From Clostridia bacterium (GTDB taxonomy: Bacteria > Bacillota > Clostridia > Oscillospirales > Acutalibacteraceae), in contig JAGAJB010000008.1 in the NCBI GenBank assembly GCA_017626295.1, forward strand, positions 48,565 through 112,564: a stretch of 64,000 nucleotides of DNA, written 5' to 3'. This document shows positions 1 through 9,186 of this stretch, in pieces (the stretch's first letter is position 1; every line of letters starts with the position of its first letter). The notes below the pieces were generated by a model that worked only from the letters and a program-made list of their open reading frames with translations, was not told the DNA's origin and did no database searches. A program made the translations under genes and the position numbers.

Positions 1-371
1 AAAGGTGACGCTATTTTTGTATTCTCAAAAATATAAATATATTCTTTCTTTACACAGTCAAACCTAGCATTAAAATCATAATCGACTTCTTTACAGGATA
101 TAACCGAAATTTCGCCGGGAAGTTTTGCAGAAGCCAACGCAACAGGAAACTTTTCACAAGGTATTGTGCTTTCTGTCCTTACATTGAAAAAGTATTCTTT
201 AGCGTGAACACCTGCATCAGTTCTGCTGCAACCTATAATATTAGGTGTTTCGCCTGTTAAAGTCTGCCAGGCCTTTTTCAGTTCACCTTGAACGGTAACT
301 GCATTATCCTGCTGTTGCCAGCCGTGAAACGCCGAGCCGTCAAAGGCTGCTTTAAAAAGTAAATTTCTCAT
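1..371 (-). CDS. truA: tRNA pseudouridine synthase A, N-terminal part (gene runs off left edge)
   Basis: Manual translation from ATG at 369-371 gives MRNLLFKAAFDGSAFHGWQQQ...GCSRTDAGVHAKEY, which carries the TruA RTDxGVHA catalytic motif. It lies directly downstream of ecfT, as in the Firmicute ecfA-ecfA-ecfT-truA cluster. Confidence 0.85.
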   Translation of the reverse strand, partial: MRNLLFKAAFDGSAFHGWQQQDNAVTVQGELKKAWQTLTGETPNIIGCSRTDAGVHAKEYFFNVRTESTIPCEKFPVALASAKLPGEISVISCKEVDYDFNARFDCVKKEYIYIFENTKIASP

Positions 372-372
372 A

Positions 373-1188
373 TTAAATCAAATTTTCAAAAAAAATATTT
401 AAAAGAATTATCGCAACACATACCAAAGTTGTAACAACACCTGCAACTGCATCGCGCCAACTGAATTTCATCTGACGCATACGGGTTCTGCCCTCTCCGC
501 CTGTATAACAACGGCAATACATAGCATCCGCAAGTTCTATGGCTCTTTTGAAAGCGGAAATAAACAAGGGTATAAATATGGGGAAAAGCGCTTTTATACG
601 CTTTACGATATTACCGTTTTCAAAGTCTGCGCCTCTCGCCTTTTGTGCTGACATAATTCTGTCTATTTCATCTACAAGAATAGGAATAAAACGAAGTGCT
701 ATTGTCATCATCATAGCAAATGTATGAACTTCAATTTTAAACACTTTAAGGGGTGAAAGAAGTTTTTCAATAGCATCTGTTAAATCTGTGGGTGAAGTTG
801 TATATGTGAGAAGTGAACTGACAAGAAGAAGTGTGAAAATCCTTGCCGCTATAAAAATTGCGGTAAATACACCTTTATCGGTTATGCTGATAAACTTCCA
901 TTCAAAAAGCAAGTTACCGTCTTTTATATAATAAAGTTGCAATACTGTTGTTAACAGTACTATGGGAACAAGGGGTTTTAAACTTTTTAATATAACTTTC
1001 GGCGAAATTCTCGACATAAGATAGACTATTATACCGAAGGCACACATAAGACCCAAAGAATAAAAATTCTTGCAAACAACTATAAACACAAGGAAAAGAA
1101 GTGTTGAAACTATCTTTGTTCTCGCATCAAGTTTGTGAATAAAAGATTTTCCCGGGAAAAACTGACCGATAGTAATATCCTTAATCAT
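373..1188 (-). CDS. ecfT: ECF transporter transmembrane component EcfT
   Basis: 271-aa polytopic membrane ORF with a CbiQ/EcfT-like sequence (ARGADFE...). It overlaps the stop of the preceding ATPase gene by 4 nt. Confidence 0.85.
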   Translation of the reverse strand: MIKDITIGQFFPGKSFIHKLDARTKIVSTLLFLVFIVVCKNFYSLGLMCAFGIIVYLMSRISPKVILKSLKPLVPIVLLTTVLQLYYIKDGNLLFEWKFISITDKGVFTAIFIAARIFTLLLVSSLLTYTTSPTDLTDAIEKLLSPLKVFKIEVHTFAMMMTIALRFIPILVDEIDRIMSAQKARGADFENGNIVKRIKALFPIFIPLFISAFKRAIELADAMYCRCYTGGEGRTRMRQMKFSWRDAVAGVVTTLVCVAIILLNIFFENLI

Positions 1189-2048
1189 ACTGCTCCCCCT
1201 TTCGAGAGAGAGTTTAATATAGCATTTTTAGCGCCCTCTACCGTATATTCGGTATGACCTAAATCAAACCCTGCATTATTTAATTCAATAAATACTGACG
1301 TTATTTCGGGCACATCAAGACCGAGAGATGCTAATTTCTCGCCTTGAGAATAAACCTCATCAACAGTTCCGTCCAAAGCAACTTCACCGTCGTTCATCAC
1401 TATTACCCTGTCAGCAACCAAAGCAACGTCATCCATATTATGCGAAACGAAGATAACGGTATTACCTGTTTGCTCATTATAGTCTTTAATAAGTTTCAAA
1501 AGATTATTTTTACCTAAGGGGTCAAGACCCGCGGTAGGCTCATCAAGTATAAGCACTTTCGGTTCCATAGAAATAACGCCTGCAATTGCAACACGGCGTT
1601 TTTCACCGCCCGAAAGGTCAAAGGGCGATTTATCAAGATAATCTTCGGTGAGACCTACATAATCAATTGAAGAATGAACACGTTTTTTTATTTCTTCCGC
1701 AGAAAGACCCATATTAGTAGGTCCGAAAGCAATATCTTTATAAACTGTTGATTCAAAGAGTTGCTGTTCGGGATACTGAAAGCAAAGACCAACATTAAAA
1801 CGGCATTTACGAAGAGTTTCTTTTGACTCGTAAATACTTTTACCGTCAAAAAGAACCTCACCCGAATCGGGTTTTAAAAGTCCGTTAAGGTGCTGTAAAA
1901 GTGTGCTTTTACCCGAACCTGTGTGACCGATAACGGCAACAATTTCACCTTTTCGGAAATCAACCGAAACACCTTTAAGCGCACCCTTTTCAAAGGGTGT
2001 GCCTTTTGAGTATCCGTATATTAAGTTTTTTACCGAAAGAACGGACAT
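1185..2048 (-). CDS. ecfA2: ECF transporter ATPase EcfA2
   Basis: Walker A GHTGSGKST, ABC signature LSGGEKRR and Walker B LILDEPTAGLD. It is the second of two tandem ABC ATPases upstream of ecfT. Confidence 0.85.
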   Translation of the reverse strand: MSVLSVKNLIYGYSKGTPFEKGALKGVSVDFRKGEIVAVIGHTGSGKSTLLQHLNGLLKPDSGEVLFDGKSIYESKETLRKCRFNVGLCFQYPEQQLFESTVYKDIAFGPTNMGLSAEEIKKRVHSSIDYVGLTEDYLDKSPFDLSGGEKRRVAIAGVISMEPKVLILDEPTAGLDPLGKNNLLKLIKDYNEQTGNTVIFVSHNMDDVALVADRVIVMNDGEVALDGTVDEVYSQGEKLASLGLDVPEITSVFIELNNAGFDLGHTEYTVEGAKNAILNSLSKGGAV

Positions 2049-2052
2049 TGTT

Positions 2053-2895
2053 TCAACCTCTGTTTTTTGTAAATTCTTTATATTCTTTAACGAAATCCTC
2101 AGCAGTTAAGGGTGTACCGCCTATATTAACACCTGATTTTCTCAACTCGATTGCAAGTTCCAAGGGTTTCGGAACGGAAAGACCGATTGACTTGAGAAGT
2201 TCGGTATTAGTAAACACGTCTGCAGGCGTACCATCAAGACAAACTTCGCCGTCATTCATAACAACAACCCTGTCTGCCTTTACTGCTTCGTCCATAAAGT
2301 GAGTAACAAGTATTATTGAAATACCCAGATCATTTTTTAATTTTAAAAGTGCATCCATAACCTCACGCCTGCCTTTAGGGTCAAGCATTGCCGTAGGCTC
2401 GTCAAGAACTATGCAACCTGTTTTCATTGCAATAACACCTGCTATTGCAACGCGCTGTTTCTGACCGCCTGACAGACGGTGCGGCTCGTGCTTGCGATAT
2501 TCGTACATATCCACAAGTTTAAGTGCCTCGTCTACCCTTTGGCGAATTTCTTCACGGGGGATGCCTAAATTTTCGGGACCGAAAGCAACATCATCTTCAA
2601 CGATAGTTGCAACTATCTGATTATCGGGGTTTTGGAAAACCATACCGATATTGCGACGAATTTTAATTTCGTTCGCTTCATCGGAAGTTTTAAAACCGTA
2701 TGATATTACTTCGCCCTGTGTAGGCACAAGAAGTGCGTTTATGAGTTTCGCCATTGTTGATTTACCCGACCCGTTATGACCGAGAACACAAGTAAACTGC
2801 CCCTCATAAAAATCAAGATTAAGATTTTTTATAACTTCGGTTTCTTCATCCGAATAGCGAAAACTAACGTTTTTTAATTCTATAATTTTATCCAT
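2053..2895 (-). CDS. ecfA1: ECF transporter ATPase EcfA1
   Basis: Walker A GHNGSGKST, LSGGQKQR and VLDEPTAMLD. The start is placed at the internal ATG (MDKIIELKNVSF, 2893-2895), which abuts the stop of the upstream gene. The longer ORF-track start would overlap that gene by about 90 nt. Confidence 0.85.
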   Translation of the reverse strand: MDKIIELKNVSFRYSDEETEVIKNLNLDFYEGQFTCVLGHNGSGKSTMAKLINALLVPTQGEVISYGFKTSDEANEIKIRRNIGMVFQNPDNQIVATIVEDDVAFGPENLGIPREEIRQRVDEALKLVDMYEYRKHEPHRLSGGQKQRVAIAGVIAMKTGCIVLDEPTAMLDPKGRREVMDALLKLKNDLGISIILVTHFMDEAVKADRVVVMNDGEVCLDGTPADVFTNTELLKSIGLSVPKPLELAIELRKSGVNIGGTPLTAEDFVKEYKEFTKNRG

Positions 2896-2896
2896 T

Positions 2897-3763
2897 TTAC
2901 TTAGTCCAAACGGCAGTTGAACCGCAAGGGAGAACAAGACCGCTTTGTGTTGCGGGTAAACCGATTTCATCAGCCTCTGCCCTGCCACCGAAACGTTTTG
3001 CGACGGTGGAGTTAAGTATATAACTCATTACTGCGGGCGAAACACCTGCGGTATATGAATTTATAAGAACTGCCAAAGAATCGTCTGTCAGAAGTTCCTT
3101 ACAACAATCAACAAAACCGTATATTTCATTTTCAAGTTTCCAGACTTCACCACCGGGACCTCTGCCGTAAGATGGCGGGTCCATAATGATAATATCATAT
3201 TTATTACCGCGGCGAATTTCACGGGCAACAAATTTCATACAGTCATCAACTATCCAGCGAACACTTCTGTCGGCAACGCCTGTTGAAACTGCATTTTCTT
3301 TCGCCCATTGCACCATACCTTTTGATGCATCAACGTGAACAACAGATGCGCCTTTTTTCAAAGCGCTGATGGTTGCCGCACCTGTATACGCGAAAAGATT
3401 AAGAACTTTTATATCTTTTCTTCCGCTTTTTTCAATAATATCTGCAACTAAATCCCAGTTACAAGCCTGTTCGGTAAAAACACCTGTATGTTTAAAGCCC
3501 ATCGGTTTCAGATTAAACCGTAAATCTTTGTAACCTATCTGCCAGACCTCGGGTATTTTTTTATAAAACTGCCAGGCACCTCCGCCCTGATTAGAGCGCA
3601 CATACCTCGCGTGTGCATTCTTCCAAAGAGCGTTATCACGCTTTGTATTCCAAAGTGCCTGCGGGTCGGGTCTTATGAGGAATATATCTCCCCAACGCTC
3701 TAACCTTTCACCGTCCGAACAGTCAATAAGTTCGTAATCTTTCCATCCGTCGGAAACACGCAT
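2897..3763 (-). CDS. class I SAM-dependent (rRNA-type, RlmI/RlmK-like) methyltransferase
   Basis: Motif I-like VLNLFAYTGAAT and motif IV-like IIMDPPSYGRG. The start ATG shares one base with the glmM stop (TAATG). Confidence 0.6.
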   Translation of the reverse strand: MRVSDGWKDYELIDCSDGERLERWGDIFLIRPDPQALWNTKRDNALWKNAHARYVRSNQGGGAWQFYKKIPEVWQIGYKDLRFNLKPMGFKHTGVFTEQACNWDLVADIIEKSGRKDIKVLNLFAYTGAATISALKKGASVVHVDASKGMVQWAKENAVSTGVADRSVRWIVDDCMKFVAREIRRGNKYDIIIMDPPSYGRGPGGEVWKLENEIYGFVDCCKELLTDDSLAVLINSYTAGVSPAVMSYILNSTVAKRFGGRAEADEIGLPATQSGLVLPCGSTAVWTK

Positions 3764-5136
3764 TAAAGTAATCTCTCCCTGACAACCTGTGCAATTTCTT
3801 GCGCAAGAACGTTGATTTTTTCTTCATCTTTACCCTCAAGCATAACTCTGACAAGGGGTTCTGTACCTGAAACACGAACAAGAACTCTTCCCTCATTACC
3901 GAGTTCTTTCTCTGCGGCTTCAATGGCATTTTTAATTTCTTTATCTCTGGGGAATCTTGCTTTACCGAAATCGGAAACGCGAACGTTAACGAGTACCTGT
4001 GGGAATACTTCCATTTCAGAAGCAAGTTCGGAAAGTTTTTTACCGGTTTCTTTCATAACACAGAGAAGTTTAAGTGCAGAAAGTTCACCGTCACCTGTTG
4101 TGGCAAATTCACGGAAAATAATATGACCTGACTGCTCACCGCCGATAATGTAATCGTTCTCAAGCATATTTTCAAGAACATAGCGGTCGCCGACTTTTGT
4201 CTTTTCGCAGTGAATATCGTTTTCCTCGCAGAATTTAAAGAAGCCCATATTACTCATTACGGTAACAACTGCTGCGTTGTTTTTAAGTTTGCCTTTGCTC
4301 TTCATATGTTTTGCAAAGATAGCGATAAGTTTGTCACCGTCAACAACATTACCGTTTTCGTCAACTGCAAGGAAACGGTCAGCGTCACCGTCGAAAGCAA
4401 GACCTGCGTCGCATTTATTTCGCACAACGAAATCCTGTAACACTTCAAGGTGGGTTGAACCGCATTTTTCGTTGATATTTGTACCGTTGGGATGACAAGC
4501 CATAAAGAAGCAGTCATCACAAAGATTCATAAAAATACGAGGTGCGGTAATTGAGGCGGCGCCGTTTGAACAGTCAACCGCTATTTTAAGACCGTTGAAG
4601 TTTTGTAAACCGTATTCGTTCAAGTCATCCGCTGCAACACTTGTAAGATAACTCACATAATCAATAATGGAAGTTCTTGAACGGGTGATTCTGCCTACTT
4701 CACCACCCACTTTAACAGGCGGAATTTGTGTTTTATCAAGAATGATGCTTTCGATTTCTTCTTCAAGTGCATCGGGAAGTTTATAACCTGTACCCTGGAA
4801 AATTTTAATACCGTTGTATTCGCAAGGGTTGTGGGATGCAGAAATCATTACCGCTGCATCATACTCGTATTTTTTTACAAGATATGCAACAGCAGGTGTG
4901 GGGATTTCGCCTAAAAGCATAACATCCGCACCAACTGAACAAAGACCTGCGGAAATTGCAGATTCAAGCATCTGTGAAGATGCGCGGGTATCCATACCAA
5001 TGAGAACTTTAGGTCTTTTGCTTGTATGCTGTGTGAGTACCATTGCTGCGGCTCTGCCGATTTTCATAGCAAGTTCGCAAGTGAGTTCTGCGTTAGCGAC
5101 GCCTCTTGCGCCGTCAGTACCAAAAAGTCTACCCAT
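3763..5136 (-). CDS. glmM: phosphoglucosamine mutase
   Basis: N-terminus MGRLFGTDGARGVAN and the phosphoserine loop ISASHNPCEYNGIK are typical of GlmM. 457 aa. Confidence 0.9.
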   Translation of the reverse strand: MGRLFGTDGARGVANAELTCELAMKIGRAAAMVLTQHTSKRPKVLIGMDTRASSQMLESAISAGLCSVGADVMLLGEIPTPAVAYLVKKYEYDAAVMISASHNPCEYNGIKIFQGTGYKLPDALEEEIESIILDKTQIPPVKVGGEVGRITRSRTSIIDYVSYLTSVAADDLNEYGLQNFNGLKIAVDCSNGAASITAPRIFMNLCDDCFFMACHPNGTNINEKCGSTHLEVLQDFVVRNKCDAGLAFDGDADRFLAVDENGNVVDGDKLIAIFAKHMKSKGKLKNNAAVVTVMSNMGFFKFCEENDIHCEKTKVGDRYVLENMLENDYIIGGEQSGHIIFREFATTGDGELSALKLLCVMKETGKKLSELASEMEVFPQVLVNVRVSDFGKARFPRDKEIKNAIEAAEKELGNEGRVLVRVSGTEPLVRVMLEGKDEEKINVLAQEIAQVVRERLL

Positions 5137-5157
5137 AATAAATCACTCCATTAAAAT

Positions 5158-6207
5158 TTAATATGATTCAAAACTGCCTTGTGCATCATCCGAAACAGGA
5201 GTAATCCCTAAATGGCGATACCCTGCCGGAGTTACCTTTCTGCCCCTCGGAGTACGCATTATAAAACCAAGTTGCATAAGGTAGGGTTCATAAACATCTT
5301 CTATTGTAACGGATTCTTCACCGATAAGTGCCGCAATGGTATCAAGGCCTACCGGTCCACCGTTATAATTTTCTATCATTGCTCTTAAAAGATTTCTGTC
5401 AACAAGGTCAAGACCCAGTTCATCAATCTCCATACGCGATAAGGCTTTTTGAGCATTTTCAACATCAATAACGCCGTTGCCCTTAACCTCAGCGTAATCG
5501 CGGGCGCGTTTTAAAAGGCGGTTAGCAATACGCGGTGTACCTCTTGAACGGGAGGCAATCTCCAAAGCACCGTCTTTTTCGGTTTCGATATTTAAGATAT
5601 TGGCACTTCGCTGAACAATCCTTGAAAGTTCCTCGGGCGAATAAAGTTCAAGCCTTAAAACAACACCGAACCTGTCTCTCAAGGGTGCAGAAAGTTGACC
5701 TGCTCTGGTAGTAGCACCGATAAGGGTAAATTTCTTTAAGTCAAGTCTTATTGAACGTGCCGACGGACCTTTGCCGATAATAATATCCAAAGCGAAGTCT
5801 TCCATTGCGGGATATAAAACTTCTTCAATACTTCTTGAAAGGCGGTGAATTTCGTCAATAAAAAGAATATCACCGTCATTAAGGCTTGTAAGAAGTGCCG
5901 CAAGGTCACCGGGTTTTTCTATTGCGGGACCCGAAGTAACACGGAACTGAACACCCATCTCGTTAGCAACGATTCCCGCAAGGGTTGTTTTGCCTAAACC
6001 GGGAGGACCGTACAACAAAACGTGGTCTAAAGACTCGTGGCGTTTTTTTGCCGCTTCTATATAAATCTTTAAGTTTTCTTTAACTTTTTCCTGCCCTACA
6101 TATTCATCAAGAGCGTGGGGACGAAGAGAAGTTTCTATATCATTATCATCTGAAATATATTCAGGAGCAATGATACGTTCTTCATCCGCTATGAAAAAAT
6201 CATCCAT
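5158..6207 (-). CDS. ruvB: Holliday junction helicase RuvB
   Basis: [11 protein letters not shown], Walker [10 protein letters not shown] and DEIHRL. It lies downstream of ruvA. Confidence 0.95.
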   Translation of the reverse strand: MDDFFIADEERIIAPEYISDDNDIETSLRPHALDEYVGQEKVKENLKIYIEAAKKRHESLDHVLLYGPPGLGKTTLAGIVANEMGVQFRVTSGPAIEKPGDLAALLTSLNDGDILFIDEIHRLSRSIEEVLYPAMEDFALDIIIGKGPSARSIRLDLKKFTLIGATTRAGQLSAPLRDRFGVVLRLELYSPEELSRIVQRSANILNIETEKDGALEIASRSRGTPRIANRLLKRARDYAEVKGNGVIDVENAQKALSRMEIDELGLDLVDRNLLRAMIENYNGGPVGLDTIAALIGEESVTIEDVYEPYLMQLGFIMRTPRGRKVTPAGYRHLGITPVSDDAQGSFESY

Positions 6208-6230
6208 AAAAAATCTCCTTTAATATATTA

Positions 6231-6845
6231 TCAGAATCTTAACGTCATATTTTTTAATGCACCTTTAATCAGTTCTTCTACTGAAAGAGAGGGCGAAAGT
6301 TTACTTACCGCAACTGAAGCCTCGGTCTGTGAATAACCCAATGCGGTAAGAGCCGCAATTGCTTCAGAAGTGTTCGACATATTGTTAGCAGTATTAACCG
6401 CACTTGAAACGGCACTGCTTTCGTCGGATATAAACGAAACATTTGCAATTTTATCTTTAAGTTCCATTATAACACGCTGAGCGAGTTTGGGGCCGACACC
6501 GTTTGCCGCAGTAATAGCCTTGCTGTCGCCGGAAGCCACCGCTACCGCGAAAGCATCGGGAGAAAGTTCGGAAAGAATGGCGAGAGCCGCCTTAGGACCT
6601 ACGCCTGAAACACCGATAAGCATTTTAAAGGCTTCAAGTTCTTCTTCGGTAGCAAAACCGAATAAATCGAGAGCATCCTCACGCACGTTAAGGTGTGTAA
6701 AAACAGTAACATCGCTGTTATTATTTAAAGATAGTTTCGATAAAGTGTTGCGTGTAGTGAAGCACTTAAAACCCACACCGCCACAGGAAATGGCAACGGT
6801 TTGCTCGCCTTTATGTATTATTTTGCCCGTAAGGCTGTAAAACAT
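6231..6845 (-). CDS. ruvA: Holliday junction DNA-binding protein RuvA
   Basis: MFYSLTGKI N-terminus and HhH motifs (GVSGVGPKAALAILS, ANGVGPKLAQRV). It lies between ruvC and ruvB. Confidence 0.9.
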   Translation of the reverse strand: MFYSLTGKIIHKGEQTVAISCGGVGFKCFTTRNTLSKLSLNNNSDVTVFTHLNVREDALDLFGFATEEELEAFKMLIGVSGVGPKAALAILSELSPDAFAVAVASGDSKAITAANGVGPKLAQRVIMELKDKIANVSFISDESSAVSSAVNTANNMSNTSEAIAALTALGYSQTEASVAVSKLSPSLSVEELIKGALKNMTLRF

Positions 6846-6847
6846 TT

Positions 6848-7345
6848 TCAGTTCCCCCTGTTAATATTTAAAACCGAGCCGCTTGAATGTCCGTGACAGA
6901 TTGCAAGCGCAAGAGCATCGGCAGCATCGTCAGGCTTCGGAATTTTATCAAGATGCAAAAACATCTTTGTCATTTCCTGCACCTGTACTTTTTCGGCTCT
7001 GCCGTAGCCTACTATACTTTGCTTAACTTGTAATGGTGTGTATTCGTATAAAGGGATACCCGCCTGCTCAACTGCAAGAACTATAACTCCCCTTGCCTGC
7101 GCAACGTCAATTGCTGTTTTCTGGTTAGTATTAAAATACAACCTCTCAATACTAACCGCATCGGGTTTAAATTTATTTAAAAGTTCGGTTATATCGTCAT
7201 AGATTTTCTTAAGGCGCTCATTAAAGGGCATATCTTTATCGGTAGTAACTACGCCGTAGCCCATAAGTGTGAAATTATTTCGTTCATACCTTACGATACC
7301 GCAACCCACTATTGCATACCCCGGGTCAATACCGAAAATAACCAC
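6848..7345 (-). CDS. ruvC: crossover junction endodeoxyribonuclease RuvC
   Basis: GIDPGYAIVGCGIV N-terminus and C-terminal DAADALALAICH, typical of RuvC. Confidence 0.9.
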   Translation of the reverse strand: MVIFGIDPGYAIVGCGIVRYERNNFTLMGYGVVTTDKDMPFNERLKKIYDDITELLNKFKPDAVSIERLYFNTNQKTAIDVAQARGVIVLAVEQAGIPLYEYTPLQVKQSIVGYGRAEKVQVQEMTKMFLHLDKIPKPDDAADALALAICHGHSSGSVLNINRGN

Positions 7346-7462
7346 ACACTCACCGCCCTGAATCGCACCAACAATTTTTCAAGATATTATACCATATAAT
7401 AGTATGAAATATCAACACTTTAAGGGGTATTTTTTACATATTATTCATATGTTAAAAACATA

Positions 7463-7491
7463 TTGATTTTAACACTTTTTGTTGCTATAAT
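7463..7491 (+). promoter_or_regulatory. sigma-A type promoter for the SH3b gene
   Basis: TTGATT (7463-7468), 17-nt spacer, TATAAT (7486-7491), about 35 nt upstream of the ATG at 7527. Confidence 0.55.
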
Positions 7492-7526
7492 TATTTCGGA
7501 TTATCTACCGAAAGGCAGGAAAAAAT

Positions 7527-8186
7527 ATGGCTAAAGCAAAAGATAAAAACAAAATAATGCTTATAATTTCCGCGATGCTTATCGTTATCGCTGTTATTAT
7601 AACTTGCGTTGCAACGATATATGAAAAAACATCTTCTGATACCGATAAAAAATCTGAAGTTATTTCAGGTGCTGACGGCCCTGCGGTAAGCACCACAAAA
7701 GCACCGGGTGTTTCTACAACCGCACCTCAGACTACCGCACCGCAAGGCAATAAAACCGAAAACAAAGCGGGTAAATATAAAGTCAACACAAAAGATGACC
7801 CTCTCGGCATAAGAATTGAGGCTGCACAGAATGCCCAAAGAATAAGCGAAATTCCGAAAGGCACCGAAATAGAAATCCTAGCAGTATACGATACTTGGGG
7901 TTACGTTAACTTTGAAGGCGTAGGCGGTTGGGTATCAATGAATTACGTTGAACTCGTATCCGCTTCCGCAGAAGCACCAAAACACACAACAGGCAAATAT
8001 AAAATTGCTACAAAGGATGACCCCCTCGGAATAAGAACCAAACCCGAACAGGATGCTGAGCGCGGCGGCGAAATACCCAAAGGCGAAGAAGTTGAAATAC
8101 TTGCAGTATGCGGTGATTGGGGTTATGTAAAATACAAGAACGAAAGCGGTTGGCTTTCATTCCAATATCTTGAAAAGGTATCATAA
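7527..8186 (+). CDS. membrane-anchored protein with two tandem SH3b domains
   Basis: N-terminal TM helix, a Thr/Ala/Pro linker, then two modules of about 70 aa that are closely similar (GKYKVNTKDDPLGIRIE...GGWVSMNYVELV and GKYKIATKDDPLGIRTK...SGWLSFQYLEKV), resembling bacterial SH3 (SH3_3). Confidence 0.7.
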   Translation: MAKAKDKNKIMLIISAMLIVIAVIITCVATIYEKTSSDTDKKSEVISGADGPAVSTTKAPGVSTTAPQTTAPQGNKTENKAGKYKVNTKDDPLGIRIEAAQNAQRISEIPKGTEIEILAVYDTWGYVNFEGVGGWVSMNYVELVSASAEAPKHTTGKYKIATKDDPLGIRTKPEQDAERGGEIPKGEEVEILAVCGDWGYVKYKNESGWLSFQYLEKVS

Positions 8187-8188
8187 AA

Positions 8189-9079
8189 ATGTATATCTGT
8201 AACGATTGCCCGAGAAAATGCAATATTGAAAGAAAGGCTCTTACCTGCAAGGGTGAGGGCTTTTGCCGTATGGGTGAAAATCCTGTAATCGCGAGAGCTG
8301 ACTTACATATGTGGGAAGAACCGCCGATAAGCGGAACAAACGGAAGCGGTACTGTTTTCTTTTCGGGTTGCAATTTGCAATGTAAATTCTGTCAGAATGA
8401 AAAAATCAGTCGGGGTAAATTCGGAAAAGAAATCACGGTAAAAGAACTGAAAGAAATATATATAGACTTGATTTCAAAAGGTGCTCACAACATAAACCTT
8501 GTAACAGGAACACATTTTTTGAAAGCGATTTGCGAATCTCTGGAAGAGCCTCTCCCCGTTCCTGTTGTATATAACTGTGGCGGATATGAAAAAATAGAAT
8601 CACTTAAATTGCTTGAGGGCAAAATTAACATTTACCTCCCCGACTTAAAATATGCTGATAACACTATTGCAAAACGATACTCTAATGCAAATAATTACTT
8701 CGAAATTGCCACCAACGCAATAAAAGAAATGTACAGACAGACCGGAAACTACGTGATTGATGAAAACGGCATAATGAAAAGTGGTGTTATAATCCGTCAC
8801 CTTATTTTACCCAGACAAATTGAAAATACAAAGCGTGTTATTGACTGGGTTAAAGAGAATTTCAAAGACGGCGAAGTTCTTTTCAGCCTTATGAGTCAGT
8901 TTACACCTGTTAAAAGTTGTAATATTGACTCACTTAACCGTCGATTGACGCAGGAAGAATACGACGAAATAGAAGATTATCTTTTCAATTCGGGAATCGA
9001 GGACGGATTTATGCAGGAACTTTCCTCCGCCTCAGAAGAATATGTTCCCCCTTTTGAATTAGGCGATTATATTGAATAA
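8189..9079 (+). CDS. radical SAM protein (PflX/COG1313-like activase family)
   Basis: CNLQCKFCQN is a CxxxCxxC radical SAM cluster motif, and there is an extra N-terminal Cys cluster (CNDCPRKC...C...C). Confidence 0.7.
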   Translation: MYICNDCPRKCNIERKALTCKGEGFCRMGENPVIARADLHMWEEPPISGTNGSGTVFFSGCNLQCKFCQNEKISRGKFGKEITVKELKEIYIDLISKGAHNINLVTGTHFLKAICESLEEPLPVPVVYNCGGYEKIESLKLLEGKINIYLPDLKYADNTIAKRYSNANNYFEIATNAIKEMYRQTGNYVIDENGIMKSGVIIRHLILPRQIENTKRVIDWVKENFKDGEVLFSLMSQFTPVKSCNIDSLNRRLTQEEYDEIEDYLFNSGIEDGFMQELSSASEEYVPPFELGDYIE

Positions 9080-9186
9080 AAAATAAAAAACACTGTAACC
9101 CTGTAAAACTTCCTTCATATTATGGTAATGAAGTTCAGGCAAAATGCATTTTGTACGCTTCAAAACTATAATTAGGAGGAAAAAAT

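Noticed and set aside
2896-2988. N-terminal extensions of several ORF-track entries (ecfA1, rplM 27352-27414, rsgA 30870-30935, asnS 60755-60832, cdaR 55148-55225)
   Set aside because: In each case an internal ATG preceded by a GGAGG-type RBS gives the canonical conserved N-terminus and removes a long overlap with the upstream gene. The extensions are therefore treated as non-coding.
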